Counted from the first letter of the stretch, positions 37,270 to 47,935 are shown. The stretch: 61,461 bases of DNA from Gemmatimonadota bacterium (GCA_039586365.1 JBDHKN010000014.1:1-61461), one strand, 5' to 3'. Numbers and translations are program-made. Notes: generated by a model not told the origin, from the sequence alone.

Positions 37270-39968
37270 TGGGAGGTGAGAGGCGACCGTTCCGGTCCCG
37301 GCGGCACCTGCCGGTCATCGCGCGGTGGACGATCCGCCTGCTGCTGAGCCGCGACGACAGCCGCAGCGTGACGAGCGACCTGTCGGAACTGTACGAGGCC
37401 CGGCGGAAACGCGACGGAGACCACGCGGCCAGGGCGTGGCTGCGGCGCCAAGTGGCATCCTATCCCCACCGATTGGCAGCCGACCGCCTACGACGGCTAA
37501 TGCCCGCGCGCATGCGAGCACGAAGCGGCCATCATCGCTCGACAGGTCGGGTGGAACCCGCGCGGAACTTGTTGCGTGACTTGCGCCACAGCCTCCGGAG
37601 CCTGATGAGGACTCCGGTGCTCAGTGCCACGATAGTTCTCACAGTGGGGCTGGGGATCGGGGCCACCACCACCATCTTCAGCATCATCAACTCGGTGCTG
37701 ATCCAGCCGCTGCCGTATCGCGATCCCGGTCAGTTGGTCCGCATCTACACCGACGCGCCGCCCAACCGGTGGCCACTGTCGGTCGCCGATTACCGGGCGC
37801 TCGAAGAACAGCAGACCAGCTTCAGCAGCATCGCCGGTTACAACAACCAGACGGTGACACTGAGAATCGGGCAGGTGGCGGAGCGGATTCGGGGCAAGTT
37901 CGTGACCGGCAGCTACTTCTCCCTGCTCGGCGTCGCCCCGCTCCATGGGCGCGTTTTCGACCGGTCGGAAGGTGCCCCCAGAGACGTCCCCACGGTCGTC
38001 ATCAGTCATGGGCTCTGGACGCGCTACTTTGGTGGTGACGCGGAGGCGATCGGCCGGTCTATCAGTCTGAACGACCGGCCCTACACAGTGGTGGGCGTGC
38101 TGCCGCCCGACGTTGGTCCGTTCGAGCAGAACCGTGATTTTTTCGCCGCGGTCCAGTGGGAGCCGCCGCCGCGCAAGGGGCCCTTCTTCATCGTCGCGTT
38201 GGGGCGCCTGAAGCCGGGCACCGAGGCCACCGTTGCGGTGGAGGAACTCAGGTCCATAAACCGCCGGATCTTCCCAGTCTGGCAGGACTCCTACCAGGAC
38301 GAGGCTGCCTCCTGGGGAATGATGGACCTCAAGGAAGTCGTGGTTGGTGATGTCGGCGGCACCCTGGTAATCGTCCTCTGCGGCGTGGGATTCGTGCTTC
38401 TCATTGCATCGACCAACGCTGCCAACTTGCTGCTGGCCCGCGTCACGCACAGAGGCCGCGAGCTCGCGGTGCGCGCCGCCATCGGCGCATCCCGGGGTCG
38501 GCTGCTGCAGCACCTGCTGTCGGAGAGCGCACTGCTAGCCGTGGGCGGCGCCGCTTGCGGAATTCTGTTACTGCTGGGCGGGCTGAGGCTGCTCTCCACG
38601 GTTGGTGGTGACTACCTGCCCCGGGCGGCGGAGATCAGCGTGGACGGCACCGTACTCTGGTTTCTGGCCGCACTCACTGTGGGCTCAGGCCTGCTGTTCG
38701 GTACGATCCCGTCACTGCAGGGCACGAGAGCGCGCACCGATCAGGCACTTCGTTCGGGTGGGAGGGCATTCACGGAAACCAAGGGCCAACGGCGGATCCG
38801 CCGAGCTCTGGTGGCTTCGCAGTTTGCCATCGCCGCCCCGCTCTTGATTGGAGCGGGTCTGTTGATCGGTAGTCTGGCACGGCTCAGCAACGTCGACCCG
38901 GGAATCGACACCCACAACATCCTTTCGGCCGGCGTCTTCCTGCCCCCCGAGAGATACCGCGAACCGGGCGAGATCAACGCGTTCTGGACCGAGGCGATCG
39001 CACGGGTACAGGTGCTGCCCGGCGTGCAGTCCGCCACCCTCGGTAACGCCCGACCGCCCGACCAGATACCGATGACCAACAACTTCAATCTGGAGGACAA
39101 GCCCACACCCCCCAGCGAGACCCAGCCCAGCGTTCCGTGGCTCGGTGTGCTGCCGGGGTACTTCGAGACGTTGGGTATATCTCTGTTAGCAGGAAGGCCG
39201 TTCGACGTCGGGGACCGCGATGGCGCCGCACCAGTTGCCATTGTCGATCGAGCGTGGGCGCAGCGTTTCTTCCCCAACGAACGGGTGGTCGGACGGAGGT
39301 TCCAGAGCGGTGGCTGTACCACGTGCCCCTTGGTCACGATCGTCGGGGTGGTGGCAGACGTCAAGTACACCGGCCTCGACGGTTTCAACCGGGGAACCGT
39401 ATATCGGCCGATATTGGATGGTGGGTACCGCTCGATGTACTTCCTGGTGCGCACGTCCGCCGACCCGATGATGGTGCTGCCGGCTCTACGCAATGTGATG
39501 GGAGAGTTGGACCCCACACTCCCCCTCTCCGAGATCGCGACCATAGACGAACGCATGCGGGACTCGCTGGAGGCGCCGCGCTATCTCGCTTCACTCGTGG
39601 CCGGTTTCGCCACCATCGCCCTGCTGCTCTCAATCGTCGGCATCTACGGTGTGATGTCGCACTTCGTGCAACAACACGCGAAGGACATCGGCATCCGCAT
39701 CGCGCTTGGTGGTGGGCCGCGGAGGGTCCTAGGGTCTATCGTCGGTCAGGGAATGCGGGTCGTCGGTTTCGGCACGGCAGTGGGGGTTGGATTGGGACTG
39801 GTCGTCACGCGGTTCATGTCGAGCCTGCTATTCGGGGTGGGCACCGCCGACCCGCTGACTTTCGCGGCGGTAGCCACGCTGATGCTGGGTGTTGCTCTGA
39901 TCGCCTGCTTCGTGCCGGCTCGGCGAGCAGCCCGAGTGAATCCGGTCGAGACCCTAAGGGAAGAGTAG
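37269..39968 (+). CDS. Duplicated MacB/FtsX orphan ABC permease (ADOP-like)
   Basis: LGIGATTTIFS, ELAVRAAIGA, DIGIRIALG, ends VNPVETLREE; TGATG coupling with PadR. Confidence 0.93.
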   Translation: MGGERRPFRSRRHLPVIARWTIRLLLSRDDSRSVTSDLSELYEARRKRDGDHAARAWLRRQVASYPHRLAADRLRRLMPARMRARSGHHRSTGRVEPARNLLRDLRHSLRSLMRTPVLSATIVLTVGLGIGATTTIFSIINSVLIQPLPYRDPGQLVRIYTDAPPNRWPLSVADYRALEEQQTSFSSIAGYNNQTVTLRIGQVAERIRGKFVTGSYFSLLGVAPLHGRVFDRSEGAPRDVPTVVISHGLWTRYFGGDAEAIGRSISLNDRPYTVVGVLPPDVGPFEQNRDFFAAVQWEPPPRKGPFFIVALGRLKPGTEATVAVEELRSINRRIFPVWQDSYQDEAASWGMMDLKEVVVGDVGGTLVIVLCGVGFVLLIASTNAANLLLARVTHRGRELAVRAAIGASRGRLLQHLLSESALLAVGGAACGILLLLGGLRLLSTVGGDYLPRAAEISVDGTVLWFLAALTVGSGLLFGTIPSLQGTRARTDQALRSGGRAFTETKGQRRIRRALVASQFAIAAPLLIGAGLLIGSLARLSNVDPGIDTHNILSAGVFLPPERYREPGEINAFWTEAIARVQVLPGVQSATLGNARPPDQIPMTNNFNLEDKPTPPSETQPSVPWLGVLPGYFETLGISLLAGRPFDVGDRDGAAPVAIVDRAWAQRFFPNERVVGRRFQSGGCTTCPLVTIVGVVADVKYTGLDGFNRGTVYRPILDGGYRSMYFLVRTSADPMMVLPALRNVMGELDPTLPLSEIATIDERMRDSLEAPRYLASLVAGFATIALLLSIVGIYGVMSHFVQQHAKDIGIRIALGGGPRRVLGSIVGQGMRVVGFGTAVGVGLGLVVTRFMSSLLFGVGTADPLTFAAVATLMLGVALIACFVPARRAARVNPVETLREE

Positions 39969-40048
39969 GGCGAGTCTCCGCAGGAGACATCCCACAGCCG
40001 TGACCACCCGTCACCTATGACGGCGCGTTTGCCAACGCGCCTGCTTGT

Positions 40049-41704
40049 CTAGCGCGGGGGCCGGTGCCGAGTCACCTCGCCCGGAAGCGCACCCGTAGCA
40101 TTTCCACCATCGATGACCAACTCTCCGTTCACGACGACGTAGTCGATGCCCTCCGAGTACTGCAACGGATCGGTGAACGTAGCACGGTCCTGGACCGTGT
40201 TGGGATCGAAGACCAACAGGTCCGCACGCATCCCGACAGCGATCCGTCCCCGGTCTGCCAGGCCCAAGAGCGTGGCCGGAAGCGACGTCAACTTGCGGAC
40301 GGCCTCGCCTAGACCGATCACTCCCTCTTCACGCACGTACTTTGCCAGCACCCGAGTGAACGAGCCGAAAGCACGGGGATGTGCACTAGCCACTGAGTCC
40401 GGATTCGTAGGCGACGCGTCGGTGTCGAAGCATACGAACGGTGCCCGCATTGCCTGGTGCTTCTGTTCCTCGTTCATGCTCAACGGATTCACGCTCACGC
40501 GACCGGCCTGTACCAGATCGAAGAACGCCTGCCACGAGTCGACACCGCGCAAGTCAGCTACCTGTTGTACTGACAAACCCACGAAGGCCGAATCGGTGTC
40601 GGGTCCCACCCGGGCGATCAGCACGTTGTCCCAATTGAACCCGACGTGCCGGTACCAGTTCTCCCAGTCCGACGTAGCCTCGATCTCCCGACGCAGTTGA
40701 CGCCTGACGTCGACTCTGCCCAGCGTTTCCAAAAAGACGTCCTCGCCCCTGGCGTAGTGCCGCGGGTGAATGAATGACCCGAGGCCAATTCCGTTACGCA
40801 CATAGGGGTAGATATCCGCCGTGATCGCGAGACCGCTGCTTCGTGCGTCCTCGATCAGGCGGAGCGCGTCGGTCATGAGGTGCCAGTTCTCCTGCCCCGC
40901 TGCCTTGAGGTGATAGACGTGCACCGGGATCTCGGCTTCCCGACCGATGCGCACCGCCTCCTCAATCGCCTCGAGTACCTGGCCGCTCTCGTTCCGCAGG
41001 TGCGTGAAGTACACGCCACCGGACGCCGCAGCAGCTCTGGCCAGTTCAACGAGTTCGTCGGTCGTGGCGTACGAGCCGGGCGGATAGATCAACGCCGACG
41101 ACAGTCCCACGGCCCCTTGCTCCATCGCCTGGGCAACCAGTTCCTTCATGCGCGACAGTTGCTCCGCGTCCGGCTCTTGGTCCACGTCGCCCAGAACGAG
41201 GCGACGCACCTGAGCCGCACCCACATTGTGCACCACGTTGAGGCCGACTCCCTTGCCTTCGAGCAGCGGGAGGTACTCTCCGTACGTGGTCCAGCTGGTG
41301 TCGACGTTGAATTGCTCCTGGACTTCCTGCATGGTTCGCTCGTCTTGCGGCGCAGGTGAGCCGCCCTCACCCATCATCGCCGTGGTGATACCCTGACGGA
41401 GTTTGCTTTGCGCGCTGACGGCATCCAGCAGCAGGGGCAGGCTGCTTCCTCCCATCATGTCGATGAATCCGGGTGTGACGACCATGCCGTCCGCACGGAT
41501 ACTGCGTCGTGAACTCTCGCCCGAGAGATCGCCCACTGCCGTGATATCACCGTCCCTTATGCCCACATCGGCGGTGTACTCCAATCCACCCGACCCGTCG
41601 AACACGAGCCCACCAGCCACTATGAGATCATACGAGGGAGGTGCACAGCTCGAGAGAGCGATAACGGCGAGCAGCGAGACGATTGTGTCACAACGGCGGT
41701 TCAT
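40049..41704 (-). CDS. N-acyl-D-amino-acid deacylase-like amidohydrolase, lipoprotein
   Basis: PGFID, GLSSALIYPPG, THLRNE, HPRAFG.F, ADLLVFD; LSSC lipobox. Start set at 41704 after GGGAGA. Confidence 0.9.
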   Translation of the reverse strand: MNRRCDTIVSLLAVIALSSCAPPSYDLIVAGGLVFDGSGGLEYTADVGIRDGDITAVGDLSGESSRRSIRADGMVVTPGFIDMMGGSSLPLLLDAVSAQSKLRQGITTAMMGEGGSPAPQDERTMQEVQEQFNVDTSWTTYGEYLPLLEGKGVGLNVVHNVGAAQVRRLVLGDVDQEPDAEQLSRMKELVAQAMEQGAVGLSSALIYPPGSYATTDELVELARAAAASGGVYFTHLRNESGQVLEAIEEAVRIGREAEIPVHVYHLKAAGQENWHLMTDALRLIEDARSSGLAITADIYPYVRNGIGLGSFIHPRHYARGEDVFLETLGRVDVRRQLRREIEATSDWENWYRHVGFNWDNVLIARVGPDTDSAFVGLSVQQVADLRGVDSWQAFFDLVQAGRVSVNPLSMNEEQKHQAMRAPFVCFDTDASPTNPDSVASAHPRAFGSFTRVLAKYVREEGVIGLGEAVRKLTSLPATLLGLADRGRIAVGMRADLLVFDPNTVQDRATFTDPLQYSEGIDYVVVNGELVIDGGNATGALPGEVTRHRPPR

Positions 41705-41884
41705 GCTGAGATCTCCCATGGTCCTGCAACGATTGATTTGATTGCCCCCTACTGCCTGGGCTGCACGGACTCCTGGTACGGCGGGTGGTCGCGTAACGGA
41801 TCGAACAGCACCCGCATACTCTGGTACCTTCCAACGATCAGATCCGGCCGGCGCTGGGCGGTCTCGCCGAGAGTGCCAAGGCTC

Positions 41885-42034
41885 GTGAGGATCGGCGGCG
41901 GCCTGTTCGGGGCACATGTACACCGGCGTGCCGAATGTTAATCCTTCTGTGGTGAGTTCGTTTGCGCCGGTAGCTTCACTCAGCGCCATGGCAACGCCGC
42001 AATCGGTCACAAGCGCGTGGTGCTTGGTGAGCAG
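41885..42034 (-). pseudogene. Fragment of a Ser/Thr kinase (DFG/activation-loop region)
   Basis: 38 of 50 aa identical to kinase 2 at 4172-4321; DFG changed to DCG. Confidence 0.9.
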
Positions 42035-42219
42035 CCATTTCGGTTTTGAGACGACCGGGTGAATCGCTCAGCGCGGACTAAGATGTGGTCGGGATGTAGG
42101 GGGCGCCAGGCGATGGCAACAGTCGGGCGCAGGGTGTCAGGTCGATCCCGACTGTCGGGCTACCTGGTGGTACACGGGAGCGGGGCGCTCAAGAAGCGGA
42201 CACTACAACATAGAGTGAG

Positions 42220-43479
42220 ATGACAACCATGATATCTCGTCGTTACTTCGTGGCCAGCGGTGTGGCCGGGTTGGCAGCCGGTACGCTCACCGGCTGCCGC
42301 GGTGGGGAGTCACATCCCCGTCCACAGATGATCCTCCCGGTTGCTCCGGACGACGCAGCATGGACCACTGTCCGCGCGCAGTTCGATGCCGGCGCAGCGG
42401 TCACCTATCTAAACAACGCTAGCCTTGGCATGCCTCCGGCGATCGTGGCCGAAGCCGTCGCGCGTGGGTTTGCGTTGCACTCCCAGGATCCGCTCCGCGC
42501 CAAACACGAATTGTCCGACATCATGACCAACCGGACGATCCCGCACCTAGCTGCGTTCCTCGGCGTGGATCCGGACGAGATCGTCCTGACTCGGAACGCC
42601 ACGGAGGCGTTGCACCTGCAAGCCATCGGCTTGGATCTCCAGCCCGGGGACGAGGTCCTGATGACCACGCAGGAACATCCGGCGGGGGCGAAACCGTGGC
42701 GCTACCGGCAAGCCAGGGATGGCATTGACGTGAAGGAGGTCTTCGTTCCCAGTCCGTTCGAGAGCCCGGATCAAGTAGTTGAACTGATGACGGCAGAGAT
42801 GACGGACCGTACCCGCGCGGTAGCGTTTTGCCACGTGACGCGGGGTGGACATCTCTACCCCGTGAAGGAACTGTGTGCAGCCGCACGGGAACGCGGGATC
42901 GCCAGCGTGGTGGATGGGGCACAGGCACTCGGCATGTTTCCGATCGACCTCCACGACCTGGGATGCGATGTCTACGCGGCGAGCCTGCACAAATGGATGC
43001 TCGGCCCTATTGGCACCGGGATGTGGTACGTGCGGCGGGAGGCGCGCGAGCGTTGGCGCTCACCGTTTGAGCCCGCGCCGACGCTAGAACAGCCCGGATA
43101 CGCGCCGGGGGGAACGGCCGATCTGGCGGTGCGAGCGGCCATCGACACGGCGGTCGGGTTCATTGAGAGCATCGGAATCGAGTCGATCGCGGCGCGTGAC
43201 CGCCACTTGTCGGATTATCTGAAAGCACGGCTTGCCGAGCAGCGCTCAGTGAGGATCGTGAGCGGCCCCACACACGACACTTCGGCACCGGGATCCACGA
43301 TCTTCGTCCTCGACGGCGTCGATCCGATCGCCGGGGTGGCCACGCTAGATGAGCAGAAGCTGTACATCGACGAGCACGTCCGGGACGGTCATCCGGCGTT
43401 CCGCGTGTCCACACACTTCTACAACACCACCGATGAGATCGACCGCATCCTGGCGGGGCTGCGGGTGTTGCCGGGCTGA
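42220..43479 (+). CDS. Tat-exported class V PLP-dependent enzyme (isopenicillin N epimerase/cysteine desulfurase-like)
   Basis: SRRYFV Tat motif, LTGC, YLNNAS, RNATE, VDGAQ, SLHKW.LGP.GTG. Confidence 0.9.
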   Translation: MTTMISRRYFVASGVAGLAAGTLTGCRGGESHPRPQMILPVAPDDAAWTTVRAQFDAGAAVTYLNNASLGMPPAIVAEAVARGFALHSQDPLRAKHELSDIMTNRTIPHLAAFLGVDPDEIVLTRNATEALHLQAIGLDLQPGDEVLMTTQEHPAGAKPWRYRQARDGIDVKEVFVPSPFESPDQVVELMTAEMTDRTRAVAFCHVTRGGHLYPVKELCAAARERGIASVVDGAQALGMFPIDLHDLGCDVYAASLHKWMLGPIGTGMWYVRREARERWRSPFEPAPTLEQPGYAPGGTADLAVRAAIDTAVGFIESIGIESIAARDRHLSDYLKARLAEQRSVRIVSGPTHDTSAPGSTIFVLDGVDPIAGVATLDEQKLYIDEHVRDGHPAFRVSTHFYNTTDEIDRILAGLRVLPG

Positions 43480-43523
43480 AAAAGACCCCACGGGACTGAC
43501 CGCTCCCCGCTCTCCGCTCCCCA

Positions 43524-45290
43524 CTAGAACGACAGCATCCTCTCGTCGCGCCCGGCTTTGGCAGCCGCCACCTGAATTCGTACTGTGCAGGGGCGCCCGC
43601 TCCCGTCTTTCTTGATGACCCACTCGACCGTCTTAGATGGCAGTTGCCGGTCATTTTCAGAGAACAGGAAGTAACCGTCCTCACCCGGCGCGTTGCCCAG
43701 CAGGTGTCCTAGCTCGCTGCGGCCATGCCCTGAGACGATCTCCCCGTTGGCGACGTCGATGCTCAAGATCACCGGCATGTCGCGTTGGTTACCTCGGGCA
43801 GTCTCCGACACGAAAGTGGGTAGGAACCCATAGTTCGAGACCTCCGCCGTGACTTTGTAGACGTCGTCTGCAATAGCCAAGTGGCTCACGTCACTCAGCC
43901 GGAGCAGCGGCGAGAGTGAGGCCTGGTACAGCATGAACTCGGTGTGCTGTCGGCAGATCTTCTCCAAGCCACTGTCAATCGGCGCCACCTTCTTGACCCA
44001 ACCACCTACCTCGACCGGTCCTAGCTGGGGGTGGTCGAACGGCGTCCAGTCCACGTAGTAGCGACCTCCCTTTTCGGTGTCCTGCCATCGCAGCATCTCT
44101 GTCTCGGACACCCGGCCGTCACCGTCGTAGTCCGCATCGATACCACTCATCTCAGGCGTAAAGGCAAAGACACCGTACTGGTGGTAGGCCCAGGAGACGA
44201 ACAAGCCCCAGCCGTATGGTCCCACTCGCCGTTTCATGATCGTGTCGCCCCACAAGCTGACCACCTGTTCGCCACCAGTGATGGCGCTGTACCTGGCACC
44301 CATCATCTGCAGGACGTCCACGTCAAAATCAGGCAACGCATCATCTGGCACGTTGGCCGGCGGGCGCACCACCCAATTGGTTGCCCACCCGCCGCCATGA
44401 ATCGAGTAGGCGCCAGTGATGTTGGGGTGGCGGGCGAAGAAGTCGACCACTGCGCGCGACTCGGGGATGGCCAGGGGATAGGGTCCCGATCCCCGCTGTG
44501 CTGGGTCCCATTCGTAGGGATAGGTGCGGTTCACGTTGATACCACCCACGTCGTCTTCGTTGAAGCGCCCGTCTCCGTCGTTGTCCAGGCCTTCGCCCAT
44601 CAGCCTGAACTCGCCGCGCTCCCACTCCTCCCGTGTGGTGACGAGCCGTGGGTCGAGCGGAGAGACTTTCATCGGTCCCGACTCATCCCGCACTCGCATG
44701 ACCGTGATCGCGCCGTCTCCGTTCAAGTCTTCCGGTGGGTCCTCATCCACTAGCCCGTCGCGGTCATCATCCCACGGCATCGCGTGTGAGATCATGCCTG
44801 GCTGTGTCAGGTAGTAATCGACCGCGTCGGGATTGACCTTGGGCATGATGTAGAAAGCTCGTGTGTCGACGAGATCGGTGATGAACGGATCGTTGCCAAA
44901 CCCGAGCAGCAGGACTTGCGCGGTATGCAGCACCATGGGCGTGCCCACTGGCTCGTCTGGGTGCGTACCGCCGTCTGCCCAGAAAGCCGGCTTCTCTTCA
45001 CCTGGACCCGTGTCGAAGTTGGTGATCTCCAGCACCCAGAGGTCCTTCCCCTGATAGCTCGACCCGACCTTGTGGATCCGGGTCAGGTTTGGGAACGCCT
45101 CATGCCAGGCCCTGAGCGTCTCGCCGACCTCTTCATGCAGCAGGTAGCGGGTGAAATCGACTTTGGGAATACTCGGCACCTGACCATGGACGCCCGCGGC
45201 TCCCGATACGAGAAGGATAGCGCTGCCAACCAACACACGTCTGCTGTGTTTCGCAACAGAAGCACCACTGAGTATCCAGGTCCATTTCAT
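43524..45290 (-). CDS. M14 family zinc carboxypeptidase, exported
   Basis: HPDE zinc motif, VNPD, DxDxDG loops, NVNRTYP, PESRA. Start set at MKWTW. Confidence 0.88.
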   Translation of the reverse strand: MKWTWILSGASVAKHSRRVLVGSAILLVSGAAGVHGQVPSIPKVDFTRYLLHEEVGETLRAWHEAFPNLTRIHKVGSSYQGKDLWVLEITNFDTGPGEEKPAFWADGGTHPDEPVGTPMVLHTAQVLLLGFGNDPFITDLVDTRAFYIMPKVNPDAVDYYLTQPGMISHAMPWDDDRDGLVDEDPPEDLNGDGAITVMRVRDESGPMKVSPLDPRLVTTREEWERGEFRLMGEGLDNDGDGRFNEDDVGGINVNRTYPYEWDPAQRGSGPYPLAIPESRAVVDFFARHPNITGAYSIHGGGWATNWVVRPPANVPDDALPDFDVDVLQMMGARYSAITGGEQVVSLWGDTIMKRRVGPYGWGLFVSWAYHQYGVFAFTPEMSGIDADYDGDGRVSETEMLRWQDTEKGGRYYVDWTPFDHPQLGPVEVGGWVKKVAPIDSGLEKICRQHTEFMLYQASLSPLLRLSDVSHLAIADDVYKVTAEVSNYGFLPTFVSETARGNQRDMPVILSIDVANGEIVSGHGRSELGHLLGNAPGEDGYFLFSENDRQLPSKTVEWVIKKDGSGRPCTVRIQVAAAKAGRDERMLSF

Positions 45291-45505
45291 TAGAGGTCCC
45301 CCAAGTTGGTCAGTTTCACAACCAATTCCTGTCCGTTTACTAGCTAATCTGTTTCCGGATTCGACCTCCGCTAGTCGTGCGGCGGTCGCAGTGAGATCGC
45401 AGCGCATTGCGAAGCGGGGCCGGGCGGCGGTACGCGGCAGTTAAGTGGGGCCCGAGGCACTCGCCACGAGTTCCCTTGCCGTCGCTTCCCGTTTCCTACC
45501 GACCT

Positions 45506-47368
45506 TTACCGACTCTCGCTCGCCAGTCCCACCAGCGCCATCAATTTGAGAGCATTGGTCGTCGCGGCCATGCCGGGCCTGAGCTTGTAGTCAAACGAAA
45601 GTCGGGGTCCTGCCTCACCCAGTTCCACCGTCTCCCGGAAATGCACGGCCCTGCAGGCCGGCTCCAGTTCCGCCGAACTCGCGAGAGCGAGATCATGCGT
45701 CGTGGCCACGCCGATTGCGCCCGCGTCGAGCAGAGCGTGGAGAATCCGGCGCAGCGCGATCTGCCGTTCCCCCGTGTTCGTGCCGTGCAAGACGTCGTCC
45801 AACAGATACAAAGTGAGCCGGTCGCCATCGCTGTCGGCGCATTGCGCCGCATCCACGATCTGTTTCACTCGTGTGAGTTCCGCCATGAACAGTGATACTC
45901 CGCGCTCCAATGAGTCCTGCACGTTGACACTCGCATACACGTCCAGCGGAGAGATCCTCATTCGCGTCGCACACACGGGTGCGCCAGCCTGCGCCAGCAC
46001 TGCGTTTAGCCCGATCGCCCTCAGCAACGTGCTCTTCCCCGACATGTTGGAGCCGGAGATCAGCAGGAACGTACCCGGTGGGCCCACGGTCACGTCGTTA
46101 ACGACGCACGCATCTGAGTGCAACAGCGGATGACCCAGACCTTCTGCCTCTATCATTGACTCACCGTCCTGGTCGATCTCGGGGATCGCCCAGCCAGGAT
46201 GGCTGTGTTCCAGCGCACTCAACGCGGCGAGCGCCTCGATGCTGCCGAGCGCGGACAGCCAGGACTGGATGTGGCTCCCGTTCACCCGCTTCCACCCCTC
46301 GAGCACTCGAAGTACATGGAAATCCCATAGAGTGACAGCATGAATGGCGAAGTGCATGAAGTCGGAGTACCGCAGATCGGCGCACGCAAGCACACGCGAC
46401 AGCCGACGCATCTGCGTGTTGGCGACAACATCCTCAGCGCGCAACTCGCTCTGCAGCGCCACGAGCAGCGGCGAACGGAACCGCTCGCTCGAGAGCAGCT
46501 CGAACAGCTCGCTGTAGCGACGGAGCCCGGCATCGCCCGAGGACGCGCGATCCAGTTGGTCATCAATACTCTGCCGCAGGGGAATAGTCACCGCGACGCC
46601 GAAGAACAGCGGTAGCAGCCAGAGCGGGTACGCTAGCCAGCCCGCTACTTGTGTGAAGAAGAGCACCAGAGTCGCTGTCGGAATCAACTGGACCAACCAG
46701 GCCAGGAAAGGTCTGCCAAGCAACCAAGGCCGCTCGACGGCCCATGCGACGAAGCGGGTGACCACCTCGGAGCGCACCGTACCGATCAACCTGCTGCGCG
46801 CCTCCAGCCGCTCTCTGAAAGCCAGTCGCTCTGCCAGTTCCGTCACGGCCTCTTGTCGCTGGATGACCGTGGCGGGCGGTGCTGCCGCCAGCAGCCAGCT
46901 CCACAGCGTCCGTAGCCCGGGCTGCGTTCGGACCGTGCCGAGCAGCCTGAGCAGCGACGCGTGCCCCGAGAGGTTCAAGTCTGCTGCGTACGGATGGTCT
47001 TCGGGTGCCGTCACCGGGCCCGGTTCTCTGAGCTGGTCCCACTCGCGGAGCAGACGATTCTCGGCATCTCCCCATACGTCCGCCAACGCGTCATACCAAC
47101 GCATCTCCCGAGCGCTCCTGCCATACACTACCACCAACAGCACGAAGGCGACCGAGCACAGGGCGGTGACGATGACGGGAAGAAGGTATTGCTCCGAGAT
47201 GGCGACCCAAACCAGGCATGCGATGGCGCAGACGAATGCGATGAGTCTGCCGTGCATCGAACGCCGATTCCGCCGGCTGAGGCGCTCGACTTCTGTCAAG
47301 TATCCTGCGCGGCGCGTGCGGATCATATCGAGGACTTCGCGTTCGACGGGCGACATGTGCATCAGCAA
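45506..47368 (-). CDS. MutS-related protein (membrane-anchored, MutS domain V ATPase)
   Basis: HPYA.DL, GHPLL, GSNMSGKST, SLFMAEL, LLDD..HGTN, TTHDL; N-terminal TM helices. Confidence 0.92.
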   Translation of the reverse strand: MLMHMSPVEREVLDMIRTRRAGYLTEVERLSRRNRRSMHGRLIAFVCAIACLVWVAISEQYLLPVIVTALCSVAFVLLVVVYGRSAREMRWYDALADVWGDAENRLLREWDQLREPGPVTAPEDHPYAADLNLSGHASLLRLLGTVRTQPGLRTLWSWLLAAAPPATVIQRQEAVTELAERLAFRERLEARSRLIGTVRSEVVTRFVAWAVERPWLLGRPFLAWLVQLIPTATLVLFFTQVAGWLAYPLWLLPLFFGVAVTIPLRQSIDDQLDRASSGDAGLRRYSELFELLSSERFRSPLLVALQSELRAEDVVANTQMRRLSRVLACADLRYSDFMHFAIHAVTLWDFHVLRVLEGWKRVNGSHIQSWLSALGSIEALAALSALEHSHPGWAIPEIDQDGESMIEAEGLGHPLLHSDACVVNDVTVGPPGTFLLISGSNMSGKSTLLRAIGLNAVLAQAGAPVCATRMRISPLDVYASVNVQDSLERGVSLFMAELTRVKQIVDAAQCADSDGDRLTLYLLDDVLHGTNTGERQIALRRILHALLDAGAIGVATTHDLALASSAELEPACRAVHFRETVELGEAGPRLSFDYKLRPGMAATTNALKLMALVGLASESR

Positions 47369-47504
47369 TTCTGTGCGGCTTCGCGCCCGAAGGGAACCCT
47401 AGATAGCCGATCGAGCAGAGAGGTTGGTGGTTGGCCGGCGGTTGGCGTTGTCCTTGCGCTGGGATGGCCAAGCGCACTTCCTCCGCAGGCGCCTTTCCCT
47501 TATC

Positions 47505-47537
47505 ATTATCGACGACCGACTATCGATAGTCGATAAT
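47505..47537. promoter_or_regulatory. Palindromic operator region upstream of PadR
   Basis: Perfect 16-bp CGACTATCGATAGTCG (47517-47532), overlapped by ATTATCGAC-N15-GTCGATAAT. Confidence 0.75.
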
Positions 47538-47566
47538 CGCTCACGTGGCTCTCCACAGGCGGACAA

Positions 47567-47935
47567 ATGAAAAGACACAAAGCCCGCGAGTACCTGCCGC
47601 TAACTCCCGCGACCTTCCACATCCTCGCAACCATTGCTGCGGGGCCGAGGCACGGATACGCCATCAAGCGTGAAGTAGAGGACCGTACCGACGGCGTCGT
47701 GCGGCTCGGCGCCGGCACCTTATACACGGGAATCCAGCGGATGGAGCGCGAGGGCCTCCTCGCCGAGTCACCTGCTCCGGAGGAGAGCTCCCACGACGCG
47801 GGTTCCCGTTGGCGGTTCTACACAATCACTGACCTCGGCCGAAAGGTGCTGGATCTGGAGATAGCGCGGCTCGAGAGCGACCTGGCGCTGGTGCGCTCGC
47901 GGATACCGCGCGCACACGCGAGACAGACGCCATGA
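47567..47935 (+). CDS. PadR family transcriptional regulator
   Basis: PLTPATFHIL...HGYAI...LGAGTLY..IQRM...RFYTITDLG. Confidence 0.93.
   Translation: MKRHKAREYLPLTPATFHILATIAAGPRHGYAIKREVEDRTDGVVRLGAGTLYTGIQRMEREGLLAESPAPEESSHDAGSRWRFYTITDLGRKVLDLEIARLESDLALVRSRIPRAHARQTP

Noticed and set aside
40049..42010. Kinase-deacylase fusion protein of 653 aa
   Set aside because: The kinase piece is degenerate, and an RBS plus lipoprotein signal mark the start at 41704.
42220..43479. EgtE C-S lyase partnering egtD
   Set aside because: It has a Tat/lipoprotein signal, lies 16 kb away, and no egtB or egtC is present.
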